The position numbers and the translations under genes were made by a program. DNA of 64,000 bases from an uncultured Planctomycetota bacterium (GTDB lineage Bacteria > Planctomycetota > Planctomycetia > Isosphaerales > Isosphaeraceae), in the NCBI GenBank assembly GCA_963823665.1, contig CAWGMQ010000004.1, positions 2,368,001 to 2,432,000 of the forward strand. The letters are read 5' to 3'. The stretch's first letter is position 1. Every line of letters begins with the position of its first letter. The notes beneath the pieces are model-generated. The model was not told the DNA's origin, did no database searches, and saw nothing but the letters and a program-made list of their open reading frames with translations. Positions 10,160 through 20,300 of the stretch are shown one piece after another.

Positions 10160-10750
10160 ATGCTCGAGGTTGTTACCGGCGTGCAAACGCCCGACGAAAC
10201 TCTGGTGCGGCTTGCTCGCGGCGGGGATAACCCAGCGTGTGAGGAGTTGTTCCGGCGCTACCGAAGCGATGCCTACCGCTACGCTTACCGGCAGCTCGGC
10301 CACGAGGAAGATGCACTGGATGTTGTTCAGGAATCAATGCTTAAGGCGTTTTCGGGCTTGGCTGATTTTGATGGTCGCAGTGCTTTCCGAACCTGGCTGC
10401 TACGAATCGTGATCAACACCGCTTTTGATTGGGGGAGAAGGCGCAAGCGACGGCCTAGCACGGGAGGTGGTCATGATGGTGACCTCATGCATCTGGAAGC
10501 GGCAACTGATGACGATCCATCTCGCCGTTTGCATCAGCAAGACCTACGCGTCGCTCTCGATCGTGCTCTCAGTCGCCTGAGCAACACAATCCGTTGTACG
10601 TTTGTCTTATTTGCTGAATTAGGCTTGAGTTACAGAGAGATTGCCGAAACACAAGAACTTCCGATCGGCACTGTCATGAGCCGCATTCATGCGGCTCGTG
10701 AAAAGCTCCAAGCCGAGCTCGATTGGAATGAGCTCTCCGGTCTTGGATGA
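10160..10750 (+). CDS. ECF-family RNA polymerase sigma factor
   Basis: Region 2 DALDVVQESMLKAF...FDGRSAFRTWLLRIVIN and region 4 LSYREIAETQELPIGTVMSRIHAAR. Confidence 0.95.
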   Translation: MLEVVTGVQTPDETLVRLARGGDNPACEELFRRYRSDAYRYAYRQLGHEEDALDVVQESMLKAFSGLADFDGRSAFRTWLLRIVINTAFDWGRRRKRRPSTGGGHDGDLMHLEAATDDDPSRRLHQQDLRVALDRALSRLSNTIRCTFVLFAELGLSYREIAETQELPIGTVMSRIHAAREKLQAELDWNELSGLG

Positions 10751-10772
10751 AATTGAGGAAGGGTTTCTAAAG

Positions 10773-11495
10773 ATGCGTTGCGTGGATGTAATTCGAGAGC
10801 TGGCTACACCAACCGACAAGCGAGATGCCGTCGGTTTGGCTGACCACTTGCGCCGATGTTCATCCTGTGCGAACTGGGCCAGGCACGCGGAGCAGCTCGA
10901 TCGCCTCTGGGATCTAACCCGTCCGGCCGAGCCTTCGCCCGAGGTCTGGGATAGCCTGTGGTCGCAAGTTGCTCACTCGCTTGATAACCCAACAGCACAA
11001 GAAGTTGCATCGCCGTCACCGTCACGGTCGGTTTCCTGGGATCACTCGACCGATTCTTCGATGCTCGAGCTGGCGGGGAAACCTGTCCGGCATTCTGCCA
11101 CCTCGGCGTCGCGCTTCCGATTCTGGCAATCGATTGGCTGGGCTGGGCCTGCACGGGCTGCTGCCGTACTTTTGGTTGCTGGTTTGAGCTTGTGGCTCTT
11201 TGTGCCATCAAGGCAACAGGTTGCCACATTGAAGCCGGCCGCCTTGAGTCGAACTGTGCCGGAGGCCGTGGTCACTGTTTCCTTGCCCAGTGTTGATATC
11301 GAAGCAGGTCACATGGTTGTGATTCTTGCGGATCCGAACAGCCCATCGGTCGTTGATCGCACTCCAAAGGCGATCATTGCTGGCATTAGTCTCGAATACG
11401 TTGATTGGTATGGCGACGAGAGATCTTTTGACTGGTCTCAGGTATTCAACGAAGTTGAATACCTTGCCACGCCGAAGGTTGCCATGAAGGAGTGA
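10773..11495 (+). CDS. Putative zinc-binding anti-sigma factor
   Basis: N-terminal C...HLRRCSSC (HxxxCxxC) and one TM helix, directly after the ECF gene. ATG 10773 follows GAGGAAGG. Confidence 0.75.
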   Translation: MRCVDVIRELATPTDKRDAVGLADHLRRCSSCANWARHAEQLDRLWDLTRPAEPSPEVWDSLWSQVAHSLDNPTAQEVASPSPSRSVSWDHSTDSSMLELAGKPVRHSATSASRFRFWQSIGWAGPARAAAVLLVAGLSLWLFVPSRQQVATLKPAALSRTVPEAVVTVSLPSVDIEAGHMVVILADPNSPSVVDRTPKAIIAGISLEYVDWYGDERSFDWSQVFNEVEYLATPKVAMKE

Positions 11496-11499
11496 TGCC

Positions 11500-12015
11500 G
11501 TGGCCGAATCAAGACAACACTCGCGCCGCTTTGGACTTGGGCTTCTGCTGGCTGTAGTCGCCACGGGCGGACTGGCCGTTTTGCTATCGAGTCTGCACGT
11601 GACGCGTGCTGGTTTTGATGATGACGATCGCGACGCCATCATTGCGCGACAGGTCACCGTGTTTGGAGTGCTCGCGACGCCCGGCGCCAAGACGATTGAT
11701 TCCAGGCTCTCGAACATTCAGCGTCAGTTGGGGAAGTTACTTCCGGACAACGGATTCAAGCTTCTCGACGCTCGTAGTGAGCGCATCGTCAATGGAGAAT
11801 CGATCACCTGCAGCCTCGGCAATGGCTACACACTGACGACATTATTGGTCACGCCTCTTGATGAGAACGGCAAAGTTGAGCTGCGCTGCGAGTTGTTTCA
11901 CGACGAAGTCCGTGAGTTCTCGACGCTGGTCAAGGCGCCCGTCAATCAACTCTTCTTCTGTCAGCGTCCGCTCAAGAACGGCTCGCAGTTCCTGATCGGT
12001 GTGGGAGCACGCTGA
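11500..12015 (+). CDS. Hypothetical membrane-anchored/exported protein, third gene of the ECF operon
   Basis: Starts 4 nt after the anti-sigma stop. N-terminal hydrophobic helix and globular remainder. Confidence 0.7.
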   Translation: MAESRQHSRRFGLGLLLAVVATGGLAVLLSSLHVTRAGFDDDDRDAIIARQVTVFGVLATPGAKTIDSRLSNIQRQLGKLLPDNGFKLLDARSERIVNGESITCSLGNGYTLTTLLVTPLDENGKVELRCELFHDEVREFSTLVKAPVNQLFFCQRPLKNGSQFLIGVGAR

Positions 12016-12023
12016 GAGCCGGA

Positions 12024-12167
12024 AAGACAATCGACCGCCTGTCGGCGGTCGTCCGGCCTTTAAGGGCCGTTCGTCCCGTCGAGGGGCGGTCGCTGGCAGC
12101 GTTTCCAGCGACTGTCTTCAACCGGGCTGCCCGAAGATATCGGGCCGTCCTTGTGTTGGGACAGTTG
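12024..12167 (+). ncRNA. Candidate structured RNA element (unassigned)
   Basis: Intergenic run of six abutting hairpins in two multibranch junctions. G-U pairs favour the + strand (see findings). Confidence 0.4.
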
Positions 12168-12458
12168 CAAGAGAGGGTGCGCTGCGTCTTTCTGATCGTG
12201 AAGCCAAACAGGCCGTCCCTGGCCCTTGGCCCGCAAGCCGCCAGTCCGTCCCTGGACGCGACCGCCGTTTTCAGGCCATTACCGTGTCGTCCCTGACAGG
12301 TTCGGTTTTCCAACCGACATGGATTGTATCGGCCGTGCCGGGCATCCATCTGCAACGTTTTTGTCGCTCAAGCACTGGTCCACCCAATACAGGAATGCGC
12401 TCCTTGGAAAAACAAGCTCCCGGCGTTACAATTGTCACCCAAAAGGAGATCACTTTCG

Positions 12459-13583
12459 ATGCCTGACGTAGAGACCTCGAGCCATTGCAGTGCCATCACC
12501 CTCATGAGCAAAGGCCTGACGCCGGGCAAGCTCCGTGGTTTGCAACGAATCAGCAACCCCAACGGTACGCTCACGATGGTCGCCCTCGACCAGAACAGCT
12601 CAATGATCGAAATGGCAACCAAGGCTCTGAAAGCCAAAGGCCACGATCGCGAGCCGACGTACGGCGAAATCGTCGAGGCAAAGGTTGACCTCGCGAAGAA
12701 CCTGGCACCCTCAGCCTCGGGTGTGCTGATCGATGCCTACTACGGAGCTTGGTCCTGCATCGCGGCTGGTGCAGTTGGCCCTCAGACTGGGATGCTCGTC
12801 CGAGTAGAGATGTCCGGCAGCCCCAAGAATAAAGTGGGAGCTCCGCTCGGCCTGATTGAACCGGGCTGGAGTGTTGAGAAGATCAAGCTCATGGGGGCCG
12901 ACGCCGTCAAGCTTCTGGCTCAGTACGAGCCTACCGAGCCTCACTCCGCCGAGCACCAGTTTGAGTTGATCGAACACGTCTACGCCGAATGCAAAAAGCA
13001 CGATATCCTGATGCTGCTCGAGACCGTGGCGTTTCCGTTCGGAGGGGAAAAGAAAACAGATCCCAGTTTCATCAGCCGGAAAGCTGCGACCGTCATCGAC
13101 TCAGCCCGCCAGCTCAGCCGTTTCTGCGACATTTACAAGGCCGAGTTCCCAGGAACACTAGGTGCTGACTCGGACAAACAGCTCCGCGACAACCTCCAAG
13201 CATTGAATGCATGCAGTGAACGACCCTGGGTGCTGCTATCCGCGGGTGTCGACTATCCGGACTACTACAAACAGGTTCAGATGGCTCTGGAAGCCGGTGC
13301 CTCCGGTGTTCTCGGTGGGCGAGCTTTCTGGAAAGAGTATTTTCTGCAGGACGGCGCACAAGCACGTAGCCAATTTGCCGCGACGACCGCACTCAAACGA
13401 GTCGCCGACGTCAACACGCTCGTCCGCGAACGAGCCACTCCCTGGTCTGCCCGTTACGGCTTCACGAAGGAGTTGCTGAGCTCGATCAGGGCCACAGAAG
13501 GCTGGCACGCTCGCTACGGCTCGTCCTTGGGCTCATCCGATAGTGCCGCACGAGGAAAACGCGCTGCGGGCGACGTTTATTGA
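12459..13583 (+). CDS. Class I aldolase, tagatose-1,6-bisphosphate aldolase (LacD/DeoC-like) family
   Basis: LTPGKLRGLQRIS, MVALDQ, WSVEKIKLMGADAVKLL, DIYKAEFPG, PWVLLSAGV, GASGVLGGRAFWKE. AAGGAG RBS before ATG 12459. Confidence 0.88.
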   Translation: MPDVETSSHCSAITLMSKGLTPGKLRGLQRISNPNGTLTMVALDQNSSMIEMATKALKAKGHDREPTYGEIVEAKVDLAKNLAPSASGVLIDAYYGAWSCIAAGAVGPQTGMLVRVEMSGSPKNKVGAPLGLIEPGWSVEKIKLMGADAVKLLAQYEPTEPHSAEHQFELIEHVYAECKKHDILMLLETVAFPFGGEKKTDPSFISRKAATVIDSARQLSRFCDIYKAEFPGTLGADSDKQLRDNLQALNACSERPWVLLSAGVDYPDYYKQVQMALEAGASGVLGGRAFWKEYFLQDGAQARSQFAATTALKRVADVNTLVRERATPWSARYGFTKELLSSIRATEGWHARYGSSLGSSDSAARGKRAAGDVY

Positions 13584-14968
13584 GCGGACCCTTGCCGGAC
13601 TGGCACATACGAAAGCCCCCCTTTGGGAAAGATCCGGATCCGCACCGGCGCACCCGTTTTCCTTGTCCGATTGTTCTCAATCGAGGCGCCGGCTGCTTCC
13701 CATAGCGTCTCAAGATCGGCGAAGAGCTGAACCGGACCTAGCCGTGAGCCGATACGCTCCTGTAATTGGGGTGCGTAAACCAGCACGGTCCGGTCGACGA
13801 CCAGTTCGCGCGCCCAACGCAACATGAACGCCGCTGGAGATCCGAATCCATCAGCAATGCGCTGCGCCATCGGCAAGAGCCTCTCAATGGCCCAGCCCCC
13901 TGCTCTGCCAGTTGCAGCGATACCACGAAGTGCGTTAATGGGAAATGAGCGATCGATCTCGTTGGGGTCTGTCCAGAATAGCCCCAGAAGCACTCCCTCC
14001 GGAAGACACGCGGCGCGATGATGAAGCAACGCCTTGAAACTCTGCATCGGGTCACCCGGCCAGGGGTTGTTTCCCGCGATAACCAAATCTGCCGGTGCCG
14101 ATTCAGGTGCCTGAAGGCGGCGTCGAGCTTCGACCGCTAACATGTCCTGTACGTGCTCTGGATGCCCTGCTGCAATTCGAAAAATTTGCCCCTTGCTGCC
14201 AGCTAGATGACTGATTGACCAGCACGGCCCCAGTCGGGCCGCGGCCGTGTGAATCGCCTGACGCATGGCGTTCTCTGCTGCGAAGCCCCCGAGCAATCGC
14301 GCCGGATCTACGTGCCGTTCGATTCCCTGACGATGCAGCGCGCCCAGTGTCGACCGGTGGCTCGTGCCGGGGAAAATCAGCTTGTAACCACCTCCAAAGC
14401 CGGCCTGAAGATGGGGTAGTACAGACCCAATCATGATCCGTAGATTCGCTCGAGCCACAGGGCAGAACACCCGTACCGGAATTCCATCCGGTGTTTGGCC
14501 CAAGTCGTCGTACGCGGAGATGTCGTCGACAGGCGGGCTAAAACAGCGGTAGCGGGTCGAGACCTCCCTGCCAACGCGTCTCTCCATTGCCTCCGTACTG
14601 ACCGGCGCGTGCCGGCCAACTCCCACGCTGATTGTCACGTCTGGAGGCTGAACACCCAGTGCGTGCAACCTTGCGAGCACGATCGTGAGTGCTTGGCGCA
14701 CCGGCGTCCATCGTGATGGATCATCCACCACGATCGCCACAGATGAGCCTGGTGTCACCAACTCGTCAAGCCGGGCTATTCCCACCGGTGAGTCAATCGC
14801 CTTTGAGAGCGCCGATTCATAGTCCGACAGTGGCGAGCTCAAATCAGGCCACACTACATCAACATCTACCGCCGCGAATGACCCCGAAGATGGCAGGAGA
14901 AGCTCGAGTGATCCAGTCGGCCCCCAGGGTACGCGGATCGGTGGAAGCGTGCCTTCTGGCTCGTTCAG
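13577..14968 (-). CDS. Lactate racemase (LarA/DUF2088) domain protein
   Basis: DDPSRWTP, VGVGRH, PHLQAGFGGGYKLIFPG. Frame is open upstream of 14854 through IRVPWG...LELLLP to a CTG at 14968 preceded by AGGAG, so the start is uncertain. Confidence 0.82.
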   Translation of the reverse strand: MNEPEGTLPPIRVPWGPTGSLELLLPSSGSFAAVDVDVVWPDLSSPLSDYESALSKAIDSPVGIARLDELVTPGSSVAIVVDDPSRWTPVRQALTIVLARLHALGVQPPDVTISVGVGRHAPVSTEAMERRVGREVSTRYRCFSPPVDDISAYDDLGQTPDGIPVRVFCPVARANLRIMIGSVLPHLQAGFGGGYKLIFPGTSHRSTLGALHRQGIERHVDPARLLGGFAAENAMRQAIHTAAARLGPCWSISHLAGSKGQIFRIAAGHPEHVQDMLAVEARRRLQAPESAPADLVIAGNNPWPGDPMQSFKALLHHRAACLPEGVLLGLFWTDPNEIDRSFPINALRGIAATGRAGGWAIERLLPMAQRIADGFGSPAAFMLRWARELVVDRTVLVYAPQLQERIGSRLGPVQLFADLETLWEAAGASIENNRTRKTGAPVRIRIFPKGGLSYVPVRQGSAQ

Positions 14969-15579
14969 GGCATTAGCTCCTGCACGGCGATCGAGGCAAG
15001 GTCCTTTGAGTCGAGGACGAAGGGGACGAGCTCTCCGAGCTTGTAATCTTGCCGAGTGCGGTATGAAGGCGCCGCATCAGGTCCGCTCGGATCGGTGTAC
15101 ACTTCAACCTGGCGGTCGATCAGATTGACGATCCAGTAGACTGGCACGTCGCCAGCAGCATAGATCCGGCCCTTGTATACACGGTCAGGCTGCAGGGAAG
15201 AATCGGCCACCTCGATGACAAGAGCCATATCCGCAGGACTAGGATGTCGAGAAAGATAATCTCGTTCCAATCCGCGGACCACAGCAATGTTGGGCTCAGG
15301 CTCGCTGCCAGTTGTTGTGATCGCGGACTGGCCACGACGGAACCATCCGCTCGGAAGCTGTGGGCTCAGACTGCGATTCATGATGAAGGAAATCAGCGCG
15401 TCGTGAGTCGGAGTTCTTGCCATCTTCGGTACGATCCATCCTTCAAGTAGCTCAACGTCATCATCCTCACCCAATACACCGGTCTCGATCAATCGGTGGT
15501 ATTCGTCGACCGTGAATCGGCGCACCGGAAGCGGCGGTGGAATCGCCGACAACGGCGGCGTGCTTGTCATCACCGTCAT
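14965..15579 (-). CDS. Uma2 family (PD-(D/E)xK) endonuclease
   Basis: RRFTVDEYHRL, VELLEGWIV, SEPEPNIAVV, LVIEVADSSL, YAAGDVPVYWIVNL. The usual EPD Asp appears as Asn. Confidence 0.92.
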   Translation of the reverse strand: MTVMTSTPPLSAIPPPLPVRRFTVDEYHRLIETGVLGEDDDVELLEGWIVPKMARTPTHDALISFIMNRSLSPQLPSGWFRRGQSAITTTGSEPEPNIAVVRGLERDYLSRHPSPADMALVIEVADSSLQPDRVYKGRIYAAGDVPVYWIVNLIDRQVEVYTDPSGPDAAPSYRTRQDYKLGELVPFVLDSKDLASIAVQELMP

Positions 15580-15599
15580 GATAGGCCACTCCCGTTCGT

Positions 15600-16310
15600 T
15601 CAAGCCTTGGGAATCTCAAACCAATCACCGGGCTGTAGCACAATCGGCTGCGCCGCAGTTTCGTTTTTCACCCGGGCTGCCCACGCCTCGGCGTCCTGCG
15701 CAATCGGCGGAAATGTGTCGTAGTGGATAGGCAAGACAAACCGCGGCTTGAGCATCTTCACAGCTCGCACGGCGTCGTCGGGCCCCATCGTATAGTAGTC
15801 GCCAATTGGCAGAATGGCGAGGTCGAGCCCTTCGTCGCCGATAAGTGTCATGTCTCCAAAAAGAGCGGTATCGGCGGCATCGTAGATCTTTGTGCCGCCA
15901 GGGCAGGTCACCACGAAGCCGCATGGATTGCCGCCATAGGTGCCATCAGGCAACACAGATCCGTGAAAGGCCAGTGTCAGCTTGACCCGCACAGCCTTGT
16001 CAAAGAGAAAGCTGCCGCCATGCTGAAGCCCGTGCACCTTATCACCGCTCAATCCCTGTGCAGGTTGCTGCAGCCATTCGCCGATCTCGTAATTGGAAGC
16101 AACTGTCGCCCCGGTGCGTTTGGCGATTGCCACGGCATCTCCAACGTGGTCACCGTGTCCATGCGAGATCAGGATCAAGTCAGCATCTAGCTGATCCGCT
16201 TTGAGCGGGGCTTTAGGATTTCCTGTCAAGAAGGGGTCGATCAGAACCGTTCGACCGTCACATTGAAACATGAGGGCTGCGTGCCCAAGCCATTGTACAC
16301 GAGTAGCCAT
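15600..16310 (-). CDS. Metal-dependent hydrolase, metallo-beta-lactamase fold (UPF0173-like)
   Basis: WLGHAA, LIDPFLTGNP, SHGHGDHVGD, LPIGDYYTMGP, PIHYDTFP. Confidence 0.92.
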   Translation of the reverse strand: MATRVQWLGHAALMFQCDGRTVLIDPFLTGNPKAPLKADQLDADLILISHGHGDHVGDAVAIAKRTGATVASNYEIGEWLQQPAQGLSGDKVHGLQHGGSFLFDKAVRVKLTLAFHGSVLPDGTYGGNPCGFVVTCPGGTKIYDAADTALFGDMTLIGDEGLDLAILPIGDYYTMGPDDAVRAVKMLKPRFVLPIHYDTFPPIAQDAEAWAARVKNETAAQPIVLQPGDWFEIPKA

Positions 16311-16446
16311 GGTCGTCTTTCGTCTCAAAAGACTCGTGGCACGGAACGGTTGTCATTCGCTGCAAGCAGTTTGAATCATCCGGCACATGCCTGTGCCTTG
16401 GCAATGCGAAAGTTGTTGAAAACAGTGGGGGACATACAGATCCAGC

Positions 16447-17295
16447 TTAATGACGCGTTCTCAGATCAAGGAGGTACAGCCCCCACAACACCAGGAGGCC
16501 GAAACCGGCTACGGCCGCAAATCCTCGATTCATACAGACCGTGAGCAAAGCGCAGGGCACAAGCCACGCCAGAACCGGTCGAATAGGCCGAAGCCGCAGA
16601 CTCTGAAACAAGATCATTACAAGGATTCGTCGTCCGTCTCGAAACGCACGGAGCTTGCTTTCTGTACCACTGATCCTTGTGTAATAAGGAATGCCAATTT
16701 CGACGACGCGAAGCCGGCGTGCGATGGCCTCGCTGGCAAGCTCGGCCTCGATCTCGAAGCCAGTTGAGCGAAGCTGAACAGCTTCGCGAAACCGACGATT
16801 GAACGTGCGATACCCAGAAAGCAGATCGGTGGTGCCCCTGCCGATAAACGTTCGAAAAGCGACACGAATGAGTAAGTTCCCGATTCCTCGAATTGGGCTC
16901 ATCGCGCCCGTACCAGGTACGGGCCGGCGAGCGCCAACGGCCATATCCGCAGCATCCACTTGGAGCGGGCCAACTAACAGTGAAACGGATTCAGCCGGAT
17001 AAGTACCATCGCCGTCGGTCAGTACGACGATGTCGAAATCGCCAAGTGCGCGAAATGCGGCGCGGACAACGTGCCCCTTACCCTGTTCTGCGACGTCGAT
17101 GACACGAACTCCCACGCCACGGGCGATTTCGCCGGTGCCGTCGGTTGAGTTATTGTTGAAAACGACGATCTCCGCTTGCGGAAGCACCGATCGATAACGC
17201 TCGATAACGCTCGCAATTGCTGCGGCTTCGTTGAAACACGGAATGGCGACGGCAATTCGGAAAGAAGAGAGCTCAGCCTCGACAGGGTTCGTCAC
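16447..17295 (-). CDS. Glycosyltransferase family 2
   Basis: IPCFNEA, NNNSTDGT, QGKG, TDGDGTY, DLLSGYR, GFEIEAEL, SKLRAFRDG. Start estimated at GTG 17295, downstream of the REP copy. Confidence 0.9.
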   Translation of the reverse strand: MTNPVEAELSSFRIAVAIPCFNEAAAIASVIERYRSVLPQAEIVVFNNNSTDGTGEIARGVGVRVIDVAEQGKGHVVRAAFRALGDFDIVVLTDGDGTYPAESVSLLVGPLQVDAADMAVGARRPVPGTGAMSPIRGIGNLLIRVAFRTFIGRGTTDLLSGYRTFNRRFREAVQLRSTGFEIEAELASEAIARRLRVVEIGIPYYTRISGTESKLRAFRDGRRILVMILFQSLRLRPIRPVLAWLVPCALLTVCMNRGFAAVAGFGLLVLWGLYLLDLRTRH

Positions 17296-17310
17296 AGCGT
17301 TGATCTTTTG

Positions 17311-17333
17311 ATAGATCAGGCTTTCAGCCTGAG
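17311..17333 (+). repeat. Second, degenerate REP-like palindrome
   Basis: ATAGATCAGGCTTTCAGCCTGAG shares a 17-nt core with the copy at 8765. Confidence 0.6.
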
Positions 17334-17371
17334 GTTCTCTTCCAAAACCCACCCGCAGTAAGCAATTGTTC

Positions 17372-20300
17372 CTACTGCCCCGCCGCCGGTCCATGCTGAC
17401 TTCCAGCTTTACTCTGCGGTGACACGGCCCCGGAGTCAAATCCGACTGGCTTCTCCGTGACGAACGTGGTCACTGCAACCTTCTGTGCATTCGCTGGACC
17501 CTTCCGTAGGCGCAATAACAGCTTGCTCGATCCTCGAGGCAGATCGATGAGCGCAACGCGTGGCTCGCCGCGATGTTGCTCTTCCGGAGAGAAGACCACC
17601 GATTTGCCGTTGAACCACGCCGAGACGTCCAGCGGCGTATCGATCACCAACCTGGCCGGTTGTGCTTCGGGTGAATCAACGGGAACAATCGCATAGATGC
17701 CCTGCGTCGCATCGGAGTTGCCTACAAGTGCCAAGTCAGCCTGCCCCTCGGCATTGGTACCAAGCCTGCGCCACGAGAGCTGATGGCCCCGACCGTCATC
17801 AATCGGCGTATGTGGATCGAGTGCGGAACCGGGATTAAAGAGACTCGTACCGTTTGGCTCATCGAGCGGGCCGACTACCTGATACTGGCCGACGATGCTC
17901 ACCGGCTGGCGCAAAGTTGTCAGGTAAGATAGCAGGTCAACCAGCTCCTGTGTGGACATCGTCTGCGCCAGACCCTCGGGCATGAGTGATACGTCGCTTG
18001 TCCGCCGGTCTTCGACCGAGCGCGGGTCCACAGAAATACGCTGTCCGTCAGCCGTCTTGATCGCCAGCTTGTCCGCACTGTCGTCCAGCACGAGCCCCGT
18101 AATTACCCGGCCATCGTTAAGCGCCGCCACCACCGATCGATAGCTGTAGCCGATCGAGTCACTCGGGCTCAAGATCGAGCGGATCAGCTCATCGCGACCG
18201 TACTTGATGCCGATCGTCGAGAGATCAGGGCCAACCCACTGCCCCCGGCCCTGGACGCGGTGGCAGCCTGCACACGAGGTTGCCCCAGCCTTGAAGAAAA
18301 CGTCCCTGCCCTTCTCCGGATTCCCGTGACGGCGAATCAACTCGCCGATCGATGGCAAGCTCTGCCCTTCTGCCGTCTTGGGCAGCGGTAGAATACTTGC
18401 AGCCTGGTCGCGAACCCCTCGGTTGGAATCTGTGTGAACCAATGTTGTCGCGTCGTTCTTCAGGTCCGCCGGAAGCTTGCCGGCACTTGCCAACTCAAGA
18501 ACCTGGCGGCCGCCATCGCGAAGCCGTGCCAGGCTCCGTAATGCCTCTCGGCGCAGACCAAGTGGAAGATCGGATCCGGTTAGAAGCGCGATCAGCGGCT
18601 GTCCATCCTTCTTGATCCTGGCGATCGTGCGCACCGCTGCCTCTGCGACCGCATTTGAGCTTGGTTTACCCCGCACCGATTGGATCAATCGTTCCAGGAC
18701 CTCTTGCGACGAGTCCGGAAACGAGCCCAGCCCCTCCACCGCCGCGACTCGGCTCTCTTCAGGCGTCTTGGCATCTTCGGCCAAGCTCCTGAGGCTCTGG
18801 TAATAGCGGTGATCATGAGTCGCTACGGCCAGCGCGACGCCTATTCCGTTTGTGACTGGATCTTTAAGGGTTTGCTCGATAACCTTCACGATTTCCGCGT
18901 GCCCGCTCGCACTGTTCCATTCGCCCCCGATCCGGCGAGCCAAGAGCCCAAGCAGCGCACGCTGGTGTATGAGATCACTTGTTCGTGTGATGATCTTCGC
19001 GACCAGATCGGCCGTCTGTGGATCGTTCATTCGCTCCAAGATGTCATTTGTGGCCTGCTGTAACTCGACTGCGCAAACCCGGCAGAATTCGCTCGATAAG
19101 TGGTAACACCTCGCGCCGATGAATCCGCCATGCCAAACCAAGGTACTTGCTCACTGGCGAAACTGCCCGATCCGGTGTTCCCGCTGCGATGAATGCCTCG
19201 TTTCGATCCACGGGGAAATAAGGCGGAAGCGCGACGTCGCCGTTCGTGCCTGTTTTTTCGAGGTCGAGTGAGCCATACAGACTGCCGTCAAAAAGAGTCG
19301 ACACAAAGTTACTTTCACGCTTCTCGAGCGCCAGCCCCAAGGCCTCGAGATACCACCGGTCTTGACCGTCCCAAGCCGCGGTCAGCCTGTGCAGTGAATC
19401 GCCAACTTGATTCGTCGGTAGGTTGCGAAATGCCAGGATCAATTCGCGCCGCACCCCTGCGTCGGGATCGTCGGCCATCGCCTTCAATGCATCAAGATGT
19501 GCGACGGCAGGGGGCGATTGTTTGGCGTCGGGCTTCGTGTACTGGACTCTGCCGTTCTCACGGCAATCGCGGCCGAGCATCCGAACGGCCATTTCTCGAA
19601 GGCGAGGATTTTCGTCTTTCAATAGCTTGAGCGAGGAGTGATCGGTCGCGCCAGCGCCAGTGGCGATCCCATAAAGTGTCCACGCAGCTCGCGCCCGATC
19701 GATGTCCTTGTTTCCGGGCTTCGCGAGTTCCATGAGGCCTTTGAGAGCATCATGGCCTCCGATGATCTGCGGACTATCCTTGAGCTGGCCGGGCTCGAGC
19801 TTTACCCGATTAATCAAGCTCCGCCGCGCTGCATCCTGCGCCGCGATGTTCGGTGATTTAAGCGCGCTCAAGAGCCCATCGTCTGAGCCCATGTCGATTT
19901 TTATTTTCGGGGTCTTGTCGCCCTTGGGTGCCACGCGATAGATACGACCCGTTGTTTGATCACTGAAGGCATGTCCTCCCACTCCTGCGTCGTACCAGTC
20001 TGCCACGAACACCGAACCATCAGGTGCCGTGCAGGCATCAACCGGTCGGAACCACGGATCATCCCCCGACAGAAACACCTTGTACTCTGTCCGAAACGCA
20101 GCACCCTTTCGGGTTAGCGGAAACAGGTTGATCTGCCGTGTACCTGCGTCGACCTCAAACACCGCGCCTCGGTATTCCTCTGGCAGCAAATCACCTTCGT
20201 AAACCATGATGCCGCAGGGGCTTCCATTTCCGGTACCTACCAGCTTGGGAACATTGCCCGGCACTTCTTCGCCCCAGTGGCGTGAGCTTCCCGGCGTGTG

